A stretch of DNA of 64,000 nucleotides. It comes from an uncultured Saprospiraceae bacterium (GTDB lineage Bacteria > Bacteroidota > Bacteroidia > Chitinophagales > Saprospiraceae). Where the stretch lies: the NCBI GenBank assembly GCA_938022165.1, contig CALIEI010000053.1, forward strand, positions 2,111 through 66,110, written 5' to 3'. Under the pieces are notes generated by a model, which was not told the origin of the DNA, did not search any database, and saw nothing but the letters and a program-made list of their open reading frames with translations. Every line of letters begins with the position of its first letter. The first letter of the stretch is position 1. Shown here in pieces: positions 19,144 to 28,487 of this stretch. The translations under genes and the position numbers were made by a program.

Positions 19144-20469
19144 ATCTTTTTGCTTGAACTTTAGGAACACCAACAATCCCAATATCGAAAACACCATCGC
19201 TACTAAAACACTATAACGTACCCCACTTGCGTTTTCTAAACTCTTACCAAACAGTAAGAGAGAAGGGAATAAAAGGTTTGCTAAGGATATCCCAATCTTC
19301 ATCATAAAATTTCTCGCACCATAAAAGACTGCCGATAAAGACTGGCCGGTTCTCTCTTCCTCTTCATTCACGATATCTGCAATGATCACATTGGGTAGTA
19401 CCCCAAATACAGCTAGAGCATAAGCCGTCAAAATCACAAATAGATAAAACATACTACTTAGCGAAATACCGATTAGAGGCATAAAAAAGATCGAAGCATA
19501 CACTATAATAAAAATCACAAACCCGGAGATCATCATAGGCTTTTTGCCCATCTTCTTATTGAGATAATAAATCAAAAAGTAAAACAGAAAACTTAGTATA
19601 AACGAGAGTTCTAAAAACGTGGTCGCATCTGCTTTATCCATTCCAAACAACAGCGTAACATAATACACCATCCCCAACTGAATAAAAGTCAAAGCCAACC
19701 AATAAAACAAATCTGAGATCACAAAGAATTTGAAATTCTGATGTGAACTTATTTGGCCAAGTGCCTTAAGCAAGGAAGGACTTTCTGCATTTTGTTGTGC
19801 ATATTTATTCTCATTTAAAAACAGAATGGGCACTAACATAAAAACCAATGCTATGCATGAAAAAGCAAAAACAGCAGCTTGAAATGCTTCTGTACTGCTG
19901 TAGGTGGCTTCAAGGCTCTCTTGTAAGCCATAAATCTGAGAGCCGCATATCATCGCCAAAGCAAAGGCAATGGATATAAACATACTTATCTTCAATCTAT
20001 CATCTGGATGGTGACCTAGTTCACTGATCAACGCCGTGTAGGGAATCAAATAACCTGTAAAAGACACATAATAAGCAATCACTACAAACACCAACCATAC
20101 AGAATTAGTCATCAAAGAATCACTTATGGGATAAAAAACTAAGAAAGCGAACAAGGCAAATGGAAGCACAGAAATGGCCATCAGTTTTTTACGCTTACCC
20201 ATCTTGGATTGTATCCGATCAGAATAGGTAGCAATCATTGGATCTGTAAATCCATCCAATATCCTACCTCCAAAGCCGATGATACCAATTAAGGTCAAGC
20301 CAATAAAAATAGAACCGCCTTGAATAAATGCTGGAAAATCGGCACCCACATCTTCTGGTGGTGCATAGAAATATATCAATGCATTCGCTACACAAAAACT
20401 AGCTAATGCCCACCCAAACTGACCAAGTGCATAAATAATAACCTGTCCTGTGGTGGGCCTTTCTTGCAT
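19129..20469 (-). CDS. MFS transporter, glycoside-pentoside-hexuronide (GPH) cation symporter family
   Basis: About 12 hydrophobic segments. GPH-type signature DGFTDPMIATYSDR after TM2. Confidence 0.75.
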   Translation of the reverse strand: MQERPTTGQVIIYALGQFGWALASFCVANALIYFYAPPEDVGADFPAFIQGGSIFIGLTLIGIIGFGGRILDGFTDPMIATYSDRIQSKMGKRKKLMAISVLPFALFAFLVFYPISDSLMTNSVWLVFVVIAYYVSFTGYLIPYTALISELGHHPDDRLKISMFISIAFALAMICGSQIYGLQESLEATYSSTEAFQAAVFAFSCIALVFMLVPILFLNENKYAQQNAESPSLLKALGQISSHQNFKFFVISDLFYWLALTFIQLGMVYYVTLLFGMDKADATTFLELSFILSFLFYFLIYYLNKKMGKKPMMISGFVIFIIVYASIFFMPLIGISLSSMFYLFVILTAYALAVFGVLPNVIIADIVNEEEERTGQSLSAVFYGARNFMMKIGISLANLLFPSLLLFGKSLENASGVRYSVLVAMVFSILGLLVFLKFKQKDSNHI

Positions 20470-21248
20470 TAGGCTCCTTTGAAGTTAGCAGGCCTCTTTT
20501 CTACAAATGCTTTCGCACCTTCTACAAAATCTTCTGTAGCTGCACACTCCCCAAATCGAGCTACCTCGGTATCAAAACCATTTTCATCTTTACGATAAAA
20601 GTCATTGACTGTAGTGATCATTTTGGCCACTGCTACTGGTCCTTTGGTCGCTATTTTTTCTAGTATTTCAATGGACTTGTTGATTTCTTCTCCTGCTGGC
20701 ACCACATGATTTACTAGACCTAATCGAAGCGCCTCGTCGGCTTTTATCATGTCTCCGGTAAGCAATAATTCCATTGCTTTTCCTTTGCCGATATACTGAA
20801 CTAGTCTCTGAGACCCACCGTATCCGGTGATAATCCCCAAGTTGACTTCTGGTTGTCCAAATCTTGCTTTTTCAGAAGCTACCCGCATATGGCAGGACAT
20901 CGCCAATTCATTTCCCCCACCTAAAGAAAACCCATTCACCGCTGCAATTACGGGTTTATTCAAGTCTTCTATTTTGAAGAATACATCTTGTCCACGCTTG
21001 GCTAAAGCGGAAGCAGAACTCGCCTCCAAACCGCCGAACTCTTTGATATCTGCCCCTGCTGCAAAAGCTTTTTCTCCAGCCCCTGTCACCACAACACCTG
21101 CCACACCAGCATCATCACGAACCGCCGTAAAATAAGTATCCAAATCAGTGAATACGCCTTTATTTAAAGCATTCATCGCACGCTCTCGATTGATCGTAAC
21201 GATATCAATGTTACCTCTTTTCTCAACTGTTATATTCTCGAAATTCAT
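20469..21248 (-). CDS. enoyl-CoA hydratase/isomerase (crotonase) family protein
   Basis: FAAGADIKEF and AAVNGFSLGGGNELAMSCHMRVA oxyanion-hole motifs, plus PEVNLGIITGYGGSQRL. Confidence 0.9.
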   Translation of the reverse strand: MNFENITVEKRGNIDIVTINRERAMNALNKGVFTDLDTYFTAVRDDAGVAGVVVTGAGEKAFAAGADIKEFGGLEASSASALAKRGQDVFFKIEDLNKPVIAAVNGFSLGGGNELAMSCHMRVASEKARFGQPEVNLGIITGYGGSQRLVQYIGKGKAMELLLTGDMIKADEALRLGLVNHVVPAGEEINKSIEILEKIATKGPVAVAKMITTVNDFYRKDENGFDTEVARFGECAATEDFVEGAKAFVEKRPANFKGA

Positions 21249-21260
21249 TTTCTTTTTTTA

Positions 21261-21560
21261 GAAATTAGCTATTAGATTTTAGAAATTAGAAATTAGACGG
21301 TTATTCTAAGTGATTTGTTTTTTCTTTCATATCTCGAAAGCTGTTAGCTTTTAGCCATTAGCTGTTTATCCTAGGCAAATTATTTTTTGTTTCACATCTT
21401 AAAAGCTTCTAGCTATTAGCGCTTAGCTGTTAGTTGGCTATTCTAGGCACATTGTTTTTGTTCCATAGCTTGAAAGCTGTTAGCGCTTAGCTGTTAGCAC
21501 TTAGCTATTAGTTGACTATTCTAAGCAGCTCGTTTTTCTTTCAAAACCTTTGAACGCTAC
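21261..21560. repeat. four degenerate tandem units (~66-78 bp) built from TTAGCT/ATTAGC words
   Basis: The core YTATTCTARGCA..TTGTTTTT..TTCA..GAAAGCTGTTAGC recurs with anchors at about 21303, 21369, 21439 and 21517. Confidence 0.8.
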
Positions 21561-21576
21561 ACTATCAACTATCCTC

Positions 21577-21652
21577 CTCGTTTATAATTTATAATTCACA
21601 ATTTATAACTAAAAAGCTCTCGTTTATAATTTATAATTCACCATTTATAATT
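21577..21652. repeat. two copies (41-bp period) of CTCGTTTATAATTTATAATTCACMATTTATAA, the AT-word module
   Basis: Copies at 21577-21609 and 21618-21650. Its reverse complement, AATTATAAATGGTGAATTATAAATTATAAACGAG, matches the module at 62819-62850. It abuts the stop of the KAS III gene (21661). Confidence 0.85.
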
Positions 21653-21660
21653 AAAAAAAA

Positions 21661-22731
21661 TCACCAATTCAACAAAGTCGCTCCCCAGGTAAAGCCCGAT
21701 CCAAATGCTGCAAGGCAAACTAAATCTCCATCTTTAACTCTACCTTCCTCCCATGCTTCACAAAGCGCAATCGGCACACTTGCTGCGGTAGTGTTGCCGT
21801 ATTTTTGAATATTATTATATACTTGATCGTCGCTCAGCCTCAGCGTTTTTTGGACAAACTGACTGATCCTTAAATTCGCTTGATGAGGAATGAGCATATT
21901 AATATCTGAAGGCTGCTTTCCCGCTTCGGCTAAAGCTTCCATGATCACTTCTGGAAATTTTTGCACCGCCATCTTGAACACAAACTTCCCTTCCATGTAA
22001 GGGAATACCTGCCCCTTCTCTAGCATAGTTGGAGTAACAAAGACATCCCCGTATTCATTCTCTTTTGAAAATCCGTAGTCTTCATCTTCCTCCAGATACT
22101 TATTGTGATATCCACCATGAGATCCCGGGCAAATGAGGGCTAATTTTTCTGCATAAGTACCATCCGAGTGGAGCTTTGACGTCAAGATCCCCTTGCCTTC
22201 TTCTTCTGTAGCTTGGACAACTACCGCTCCAGCACCATCCCCAAAAATCACCGAAATATCTCTACCTTCGGTAGAATAGTTGAGCCCCATACTATGCATC
22301 TCTGCACCCACCAAAAGTATATTCTTATACATCCCTGATTTGATAAATTGATCAGCGACACTGATACCATATATAAAACCGGTGCATTGATTTCTGATAT
22401 CTAAAGCACCAATTTCTGTTTTGGTTATTCCTAATTCCCGCTGTAGTAATACCCCACAGCCAGGAAAATAATAATCCGCACTTAGGGTCGCAAAAATAAT
22501 AAAGTCGATATCTTCTTTATTGATACCTGCTCTTTCGATAGCAATTCTTGCTGCCTTAGCGCCCATAGTGGTGGTAGTCTCTTCATATCTTTTGGCATAC
22601 CTTCTTTCTGCAATTCCAGTTCTTTCTTTGATCCACTCATCAGAAGTATCCATTAGGGTAGACAATTTGTGATTATCTACGACCTGTTCGGGTACATATT
22701 TACCTATACCTGCAATTTTTGATTTAATCAT
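21661..22731 (-). CDS. fabH: 3-oxoacyl-ACP synthase III (KAS III, FabH family, long form)
   Basis: Active-site Cys context IRNQCTGFIYG, His in IPHQANLRI, Asn in YGNTTAASVP, C-terminal GSGFTWGA. Confidence 0.85.
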   Translation of the reverse strand: MIKSKIAGIGKYVPEQVVDNHKLSTLMDTSDEWIKERTGIAERRYAKRYEETTTTMGAKAARIAIERAGINKEDIDFIIFATLSADYYFPGCGVLLQRELGITKTEIGALDIRNQCTGFIYGISVADQFIKSGMYKNILLVGAEMHSMGLNYSTEGRDISVIFGDGAGAVVVQATEEEGKGILTSKLHSDGTYAEKLALICPGSHGGYHNKYLEEDEDYGFSKENEYGDVFVTPTMLEKGQVFPYMEGKFVFKMAVQKFPEVIMEALAEAGKQPSDINMLIPHQANLRISQFVQKTLRLSDDQVYNNIQKYGNTTAASVPIALCEAWEEGRVKDGDLVCLAAFGSGFTWGATLLNW

Positions 22732-22789
22732 GGTTATTTATTATGCTGACAAATATACCAATTAAGGGCTTTAACATATGTAAAATAAA

Positions 22790-23000
22790 GCCAAATCTTG
22801 GCAGAATACGGGCGATGCGAATAGCAGGAAGCCCGTAAGGACAAGTGGTGGAAGTGGTATACCTCAAAATGAGCCCTTTGTGCGTGGGCGTTGAGGTATA
22901 AAAACGGACGACACGACCCAAGATTTTTTTGGACGGGCTGGTAGAGACGCATTGCATGCGTCTCGTCTGCGCAAGCCCCAAAAAAATCGCTGGGATGGCC
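22790..23000. repeat. GC-rich structured intergenic island
   Basis: Contains two strong hairpins. One is TATACCTCAA(23 nt)TTGAGGTATA at 22858-22900; the other is GAGACGCA-TTGCA-TGCGTCTC at 22944-22964. GCCCCAAAAAAA words are also present. The three overlapping track ORFs here are rejected. Confidence 0.55.
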
Positions 23001-23078
23001 CCAAAATAAAGAAATCACGAAAACACAATAAAGCCTGAATTACCCCAGTTAATAGAACCAAATTCATAACAAGGACGT

Positions 23079-23086
23079 TATCTTTG
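23079..23086 (+). promoter_or_regulatory. Bacteroidota-type -7 promoter box TATCTTTG (TAnnTTTG) for the ferredoxin gene
   Basis: Exact match to TAnnTTTG, 17 nt upstream of the ATG at 23103. Confidence 0.5.
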
Positions 23087-23102
23087 CAAGCTAAATCGGA
23101 AT

Positions 23103-23426
23103 ATGAGCGATATAAAAATTAAGGTAATTGACAGAGAGGATAAAGAACATGATCTCGAAGCACCTACCGACATGAATATGAATCTAATGGAGGTGTTTAA
23201 GGCATATGAACTCCCAGTGGAAGGCACCTGTGGTGGGATGGCCCTTTGCTCTACATGTCACTGCTATGTACTCTCTGAACACGAACTTCCGGAAGCTAGT
23301 GACGATGAAGAAGATATGCTAGATCAAGCATTTTTTGTAGAAGATAACTCTAGACTAGGTTGTCAACTAAAGATGACTGAAGATATCAACGGACTTGTCG
23401 TAAAGCTAGCGCCTACTGCAGACTAA
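23103..23426 (+). CDS. [2Fe-2S] ferredoxin, adrenodoxin/putidaredoxin type
   Basis: Cys pattern CGGMALCSTCHC plus the distal LGCQ, and a 107-aa length. Confidence 0.85.
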   Translation: MSDIKIKVIDREDKEHDLEAPTDMNMNLMEVFKAYELPVEGTCGGMALCSTCHCYVLSEHELPEASDDEEDMLDQAFFVEDNSRLGCQLKMTEDINGLVVKLAPTAD

Positions 23427-25087
23427 TAATGATTGGTAACCGCCTTGCGCAGACGTGAGGTATAATCATCCAAAACCCACTCCTTATAGTTACGCGTACT
23501 ATTGCTGATGCAGTAACAATAGCGTCGGATACGATCTACGATATCAGGTGTCAAGGCTCTAACTAGAGCGAATCCTTCCATCAGATCATTGCTATTTTCA
23601 ATACACATTTTGGCGTGCTGTTCGATAGACTTGTCGATAAGTATAGAAGAACGAAGACCTTGAGATTTGATTTTGTCATACTCATCATAGACATCAAAAT
23701 CCATGTCTTTAGACTTAGCAAATTTATCGCGCAAATCCTTTGGCATTTTATATACAAACTTGCGCTCAATCTCTTCATCAGATAAGAGACTTTCTAAGTA
23801 GAAATTAGGCGAACGGAACACCATCTGCCAGTCTAACTCTTCTTCCCAAAATCCAAATCGTGCAGCATTATTACCTAAGTCGATGACATCAAACTTATTC
23901 TTATTGGGCAATGATCTCGACCCTCTACCTATCATTTGGTAGTATAGGGTTGGAGACTTGGTTGCTCTATTGATAATGATGGATTGTATAGTAGGCTCAT
24001 CAAAACCAGTTGTCAAAATCCCTACCGAAGTAAGTATCGCATCTGGCGTTTCTTTGAACCACTTCAAAATAGCCTTTCGGTCAGCCTTAGAGATCTTACT
24101 GTCTATATGTCTTACTGGATATCCCGCTTCTTTAAAGGTGTAATACACTTGTATAGAAGTATTGATACCGTTGTTGAATATCAGTGTTTTTCTTTTCTTA
24201 GCTCTCTCTTCATAGGCTATCAGCAACTTCTGTTGCATCAAGTCATTGGAGTAGAGCAGCTCTGAAGATTTAACCGTGTAATCGCCATTGATCCCTACTT
24301 TCAAAGATCCCAAACCTACTTGGTAACTATAAGTCGTCGCCTTAGAAAGATAGCCTTGTGCTACCAATTTTTTGATTGGGTAACCAACGATGAGTTCGTT
24401 ATAAATCTCATTCATCGGCAAATTTATATTGGAGCTCAATGGTGTAGCTGTTACCCCAAGCATAAAGCAATCTTCAAAAAACTTGAATAATTTTCTGAAT
24501 GAATTATAGTGCGCTTCATCGACGATAACCAAGCCAACATTATCAAATTTGATGTCCTTATCGTTGAGACGATTGTTGAGTGTCTCTACCATCGCTACAA
24601 AACAATCAAAATTGTGCTCTTCTGGAAGTTCTTTTACTTTGCTATCGATGATCATAGTGTCCACACCAAATCCTTCGAGCATTTTTGAAGTTTGCTGACA
24701 AAGTTCGATACGGTGCGTAAGAATCAGCACCCTCTTTTTATATTCTTGTATGTAGCGGCGAGCGATTTCAGAAAAAACTACAGTCTTTCCTCCTCCTGTA
24801 GGCAGCTGATAAAGCAAATTATAATTAGAAGGACATGTTTCTAACCTATGAAAAACCTTTGCTAAATCTTCTTTCTGATATTCGTAGAGTTCTTTCCTTG
24901 TTCCTGTAGATGGCTCAATGCTCACTAATGCGACTTTAAATATTTCTGCAAAGGTACTACTAAAGCAATGATTATACCCAATTAAATGTATTGAATTTTG
25001 AGTCCACTTCGAAAAGTAGTGAAATCCCAAAATGTCTCTTTTGGCGATATTTTCTCTTTTTTCAATCCACTGATGCTCAGGCATCAC
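23423..25087 (-). CDS. superfamily-2 DEAD/DEAH-box helicase (ResIII-type N-lobe + helicase C-lobe) with an uncharacterised C-terminal extension
   Basis: Walker A LPTGGGKT, motif II VIVDEAHY, motif III GVTATP, motif VI QMIGRGSR. The last ~170 aa carry no motif I recognise. Confidence 0.8.
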   Translation of the reverse strand: MMPEHQWIEKRENIAKRDILGFHYFSKWTQNSIHLIGYNHCFSSTFAEIFKVALVSIEPSTGTRKELYEYQKEDLAKVFHRLETCPSNYNLLYQLPTGGGKTVVFSEIARRYIQEYKKRVLILTHRIELCQQTSKMLEGFGVDTMIIDSKVKELPEEHNFDCFVAMVETLNNRLNDKDIKFDNVGLVIVDEAHYNSFRKLFKFFEDCFMLGVTATPLSSNINLPMNEIYNELIVGYPIKKLVAQGYLSKATTYSYQVGLGSLKVGINGDYTVKSSELLYSNDLMQQKLLIAYEERAKKRKTLIFNNGINTSIQVYYTFKEAGYPVRHIDSKISKADRKAILKWFKETPDAILTSVGILTTGFDEPTIQSIIINRATKSPTLYYQMIGRGSRSLPNKNKFDVIDLGNNAARFGFWEEELDWQMVFRSPNFYLESLLSDEEIERKFVYKMPKDLRDKFAKSKDMDFDVYDEYDKIKSQGLRSSILIDKSIEQHAKMCIENSNDLMEGFALVRALTPDIVDRIRRYCYCISNSTRNYKEWVLDDYTSRLRKAVTNHY

Positions 25088-25222
25088 TGAATTTCAAAAA
25101 TAAAAAATCTCATCCAAAATAGTTCATTTTTGAAAATTCGTTACTTTTCGGAGTGGACTCAATTTTGAATATTTGAACGTTAAATTAACACCAAATCGAA
25201 AACTGTCTTCTAGAACTTAAAC

Positions 25223-27865
25223 CTAGTTGTTTTCTTTTACCAGATCTTTTAGCTCATTTAACTTGAGCATACACTGTACAGGTGTCATATCGTTGATATT
25301 TAGCTGATTTATAGCTGTTTTTATCGCTTTTGCTGTCTCGTCTGTTTGGTCAAAAATACTCAACTGCATGGGGGCAGAAGGAATATTTTGCACCGCTGCT
25401 TTCAAATTCGCTTTCTGTTCATCTACATCCATAGATTTTTCCTCTAAGTGCGCTAAAATACTGTTAGCTCTAGCAATAATACTTGCGGGCATTCCAGCCA
25501 ACTTAGCTACATAGATTCCAAAACTATGATTGCTTCCTCCAGGCTGGAGCTTTCGTAGAAAGATTACCTTCTGTCCCACTTCTTTGGTGGCAATGTTAAA
25601 GTTTTTGATCCGCTCAAAAGAGTTAGTCAACTCATTCAATTCGTGATAGTGCGTAGCAAATAATGTTTTAGGACTAGCGATCGGATTGGTATGTAGATAC
25701 TCCGCAAGAGCCCAAGCAATAGAAATCCCATCATACGTACTCGTCCCACGACCTATCTCATCCATCAAGATCAAACTGCGTTCTGAGATATTATTCATGA
25801 TGCTAGCTGTCTCATTCATCTCCACCATAAATGTACTCTCGCCAGAAGAAATGTTATCCGTAGCGCCTACTCTAGTAAACACTTTATCAATGATCCCTAG
25901 CCTTGCTTCTTCGGCTGGAACAAAACTCCCCATTTGCGCCATAATAGAGATGATCGCCACCTGCCTCAATAGCGCAGATTTACCTGCCATATTGGGACCA
26001 GTGATCATCATGATTTGGGTTGACTTATTGTCAAGAAATATATCGTTGGGCACATAAGCTTCTCCCAGTGGAAGATGATGTTCTATGACCGGATGGCGGC
26101 CTGCCTTGATGTCTATCACCAAGCTATCATCAAGTGTCGGTCTACAGTAATTGTTTCGTTTGGCAATAGATGCAAAAGTACTAAGGCAATCGAGCCTTGC
26201 GATTACACTAGCATCTTTTTGGATTTGACTGATGTAGTCAGAGATAAAAAGCACAAGATCTTGGTACACTTCTTCTTCTAGTATTGAAATTTTTTCTTCT
26301 GCACCAAGTATTTTTGCTTCTAATGTTTTTAGCTCTTCGGTTATGTATCTCTCCGCATTGGTAAGAGTTTGTTTTCTTACCCAATGATCAGGCACTAGAC
26401 CTTTGTCTTTATACTTATTCGTCACCTCTAAGTAATACCCGAATACAGAATTGAACCCGATTTTCAGATTATCGATACCTGTTTGTTCTGCTTCTTTTAT
26501 TTGTACATTTTTCAAAATGCTTTTCGCATCGTTCACTAGGCTTCTATACTCATCTAGGTCCGCATTGGCCCCTTCTGCTACTACTCCACCCTTTGACAAA
26601 TTATTAGGTGGCTCAGGTACTAGCGTTACTTGTATTTTCTCTCGCAGAATCGGGCATTCATCTAGATGTTTTGCAAAATCGTTCAAACCAGCTTCATCCA
26701 TAGCACTGATTTGCGATTTTATTTCGCCGACTACTTTGAGTGATTCTGATAGCTGAACTACCTCTCTCGGATTTATCTTTAGCATCGGCACCTTAGCGAT
26801 AATACGCTCTATATCACCTACTTGCTGGATTCTATCTATAAGTGTTTGGCATTGCTCATCCTGCTGTATGAAGTAATCTACTTTGCTATGTCGAGCTTCT
26901 ATATCCTGCAAATCTTTCAGCGGTAGTACGATCCACTTCTTCATCAGTCGAGCCCCCATTGGCGAAACCGTCTTATTCAAAATCTCTATCAGCGATACTC
27001 CTTTTTCATGAGGGCTGAATATCAATTCGAGATTACGAATCGTAAATTTATCTAACCACATATACCGATCTAGCGGTATTCTGCTCACACCAGTGATATG
27101 CAGCAAGTTTTTATTTTCAGTGGTCGCTAGGTAATGAAATATACTGCCCGCAGCCACCTTTGCCAAGCTCATCTCCTCTATGCCAAAACCCTTCAAGCTA
27201 TTCGTTTGAAAATGACTATTCAATTTTTCATTCGTGAAGTCTTCGGTGAACACCCACTCATCCAATGGGTAGGTGTAGTAACGATCTCCAAACACTTCTT
27301 CAAACCGTTTTTTATCCTTACGAGAAAACAGTATCTCCGAAGGCCCAAAAGATTGCAGCAATTTATCCATATACATAGCAGAGCCTTCGCTCACCAAAAA
27401 CTCTCCAGTAGATAAATCCAAAAATGCTACTCCGATCATTTCATTGCTACCGAAGTAGACAGAACAGAGATAATTATTAGATTGGTATTCTAGCAACTTG
27501 TCATCAGTAGCTATCCCTGGAGTCACCATTTCTGTTACGCCTCTTGCTACAATTTTCTTTTCTTTACTCGGTTTTTCTAGTTGTTCACAAATAGCTACTC
27601 TAAATCCAGCTTTAACCAATCTCGGTAGGTACATATCCAAACTATGATATGGAAACCCCGCTAGCTCTATTTTGGAGCCTCCATTATTACGCTTAGTCAG
27701 TACGATACCGAGGGCTTGAGCCACCGTTATCGCATCTTGTCCGAAAGTTTCGTAGAAATCCCCAACTCTGAAGAGCAAAATCGCATCAGGATGTTGCTGT
27801 TTGATCCCCATATATTGCTGCATAAGGGGTGTAGGTTTTTTAGTTTTAACTTTTGCGGTTGCCAA
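25223..27865 (-). CDS. mutS: DNA mismatch repair protein MutS
   Basis: N-terminal TPLMQQYMGIKQQHPDAILLFRVGDFYE, Walker A GPNMAGKS, LILMDEIGRGTSTYDG, FATHYHEL. 880 aa. Confidence 0.97.
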   Translation of the reverse strand: MATAKVKTKKPTPLMQQYMGIKQQHPDAILLFRVGDFYETFGQDAITVAQALGIVLTKRNNGGSKIELAGFPYHSLDMYLPRLVKAGFRVAICEQLEKPSKEKKIVARGVTEMVTPGIATDDKLLEYQSNNYLCSVYFGSNEMIGVAFLDLSTGEFLVSEGSAMYMDKLLQSFGPSEILFSRKDKKRFEEVFGDRYYTYPLDEWVFTEDFTNEKLNSHFQTNSLKGFGIEEMSLAKVAAGSIFHYLATTENKNLLHITGVSRIPLDRYMWLDKFTIRNLELIFSPHEKGVSLIEILNKTVSPMGARLMKKWIVLPLKDLQDIEARHSKVDYFIQQDEQCQTLIDRIQQVGDIERIIAKVPMLKINPREVVQLSESLKVVGEIKSQISAMDEAGLNDFAKHLDECPILREKIQVTLVPEPPNNLSKGGVVAEGANADLDEYRSLVNDAKSILKNVQIKEAEQTGIDNLKIGFNSVFGYYLEVTNKYKDKGLVPDHWVRKQTLTNAERYITEELKTLEAKILGAEEKISILEEEVYQDLVLFISDYISQIQKDASVIARLDCLSTFASIAKRNNYCRPTLDDSLVIDIKAGRHPVIEHHLPLGEAYVPNDIFLDNKSTQIMMITGPNMAGKSALLRQVAIISIMAQMGSFVPAEEARLGIIDKVFTRVGATDNISSGESTFMVEMNETASIMNNISERSLILMDEIGRGTSTYDGISIAWALAEYLHTNPIASPKTLFATHYHELNELTNSFERIKNFNIATKEVGQKVIFLRKLQPGGSNHSFGIYVAKLAGMPASIIARANSILAHLEEKSMDVDEQKANLKAAVQNIPSAPMQLSIFDQTDETAKAIKTAINQLNINDMTPVQCMLKLNELKDLVKENN

Positions 27866-27921
27866 GAGCTCGAAAATTTATAGAAATGAGTAAAAAAATA
27901 ACAAAGAAATACATCAAAATG

Positions 27922-27929
27922 TATCTTTG
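27922..27929 (+). promoter_or_regulatory. -7 promoter box TATCTTTG (TAnnTTTG)
   Basis: Exact consensus match in the mutS-divergent intergenic region. Its position favours the ATG at 27974 over the track's GTG at 27944. Confidence 0.45.
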
Positions 27930-27973
27930 CAATGTTTTGAGAAGTGAATTTAAACAAAAAAATTATTAATAAA

Positions 27974-28465
27974 ATGCTTGAAAATTTTACGGGTATCGAT
28001 GAAGCAGGAAAAAAGCAGCTCATTGACGCTATTGCACAGATTACGGTACTGATCGCAGGAGCAGATGGAATGATTGACACTGCAGAGACTGCATGGGCAA
28101 GCAAGTTGACCAAGATCCGATCATATGCTAATGAGGACCTTCTTCATGAGTATTATCAGTTGGTAGGACAATCTTTTGACAAAGACTTAAATGAATTGAT
28201 ATTGGCCCTTCCAAAAGATGTGGATGAGCGCACGACTATTCTTTCAGAAAAAATGGCTGCACTCAATGACTTGCTAGCAAAGCTGCCTAATAACATTGGA
28301 GCGACCTTATATACTAGCTTTACATCATTTGCTAAGCATGTTGCAGAAGCCAGTGGTGGATTTATGCGCATGTGGAGTGTAAGTGGTGAGGAGAAAAAAT
28401 TGATGTCTCTCCCGATGTTGACTCCAGTTGTTCTCATCGAACCTGAAGAAGAGGAAGAGGCATAA
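27974..28465 (+). CDS. hypothetical protein, possibly TerB-like
   Basis: LIAGADGMIDTAETAWASKL resembles the TerB-type ADG-x-I-D-x-x-E motif. Acidic C-terminal tail EPEEEEEA. Start chosen at the ATG at 27974. Confidence 0.4.
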   Translation: MLENFTGIDEAGKKQLIDAIAQITVLIAGADGMIDTAETAWASKLTKIRSYANEDLLHEYYQLVGQSFDKDLNELILALPKDVDERTTILSEKMAALNDLLAKLPNNIGATLYTSFTSFAKHVAEASGGFMRMWSVSGEEKKLMSLPMLTPVVLIEPEEEEEA

Positions 28466-28487
28466 GAAAATGTTTATTTGGGGGTAT

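Noticed and set aside
21261-21652. Possible CRISPR array (also considered for 61597-62005 and 62834-63235).
   Set aside because: The repeat units are degenerate and of variable length, with no unique constant-length spacers between them. The arrays are duplicated as whole units, and no cas genes are present in the window.
22724-23067. Three overlapping minus-strand ORFs (85, 94 and 67 aa) upstream of the KAS III gene.
   Set aside because: They overlap each other in different frames and lie entirely in a GC-rich hairpin island. They encode Arg/Pro/His/Cys-rich sequences with no start context. They are better explained as non-coding repeat DNA.
25686-26057. Antisense or out-of-frame ORFs inside long genes. 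Examples: 25686..26057, 26451..26756 and 27134..27415 in mutS; 53243..53506 and 54173..54457 in pnp; 20827..21135 in the crotonase; 13582..13950 in the response regulator; 5743..5988, 6744..7079 and 55589..55978; and the short ORFs inside the giant gene.
   Set aside because: They are shadow ORFs opposite well-supported genes with clear family motifs. Their translations are low-complexity Ser/Pro/Ile-rich.
23423-28465. Defence-island hypothesis around the SF2 helicase (and separately around the SWIM protein at 15731).
   Set aside because: The neighbours are housekeeping genes (ferredoxin, mutS, rlmH, sixA). There is no adjacent nuclease, methyltransferase, TIR, SIR2, reverse transcriptase or other effector gene, and no compositional anomaly.
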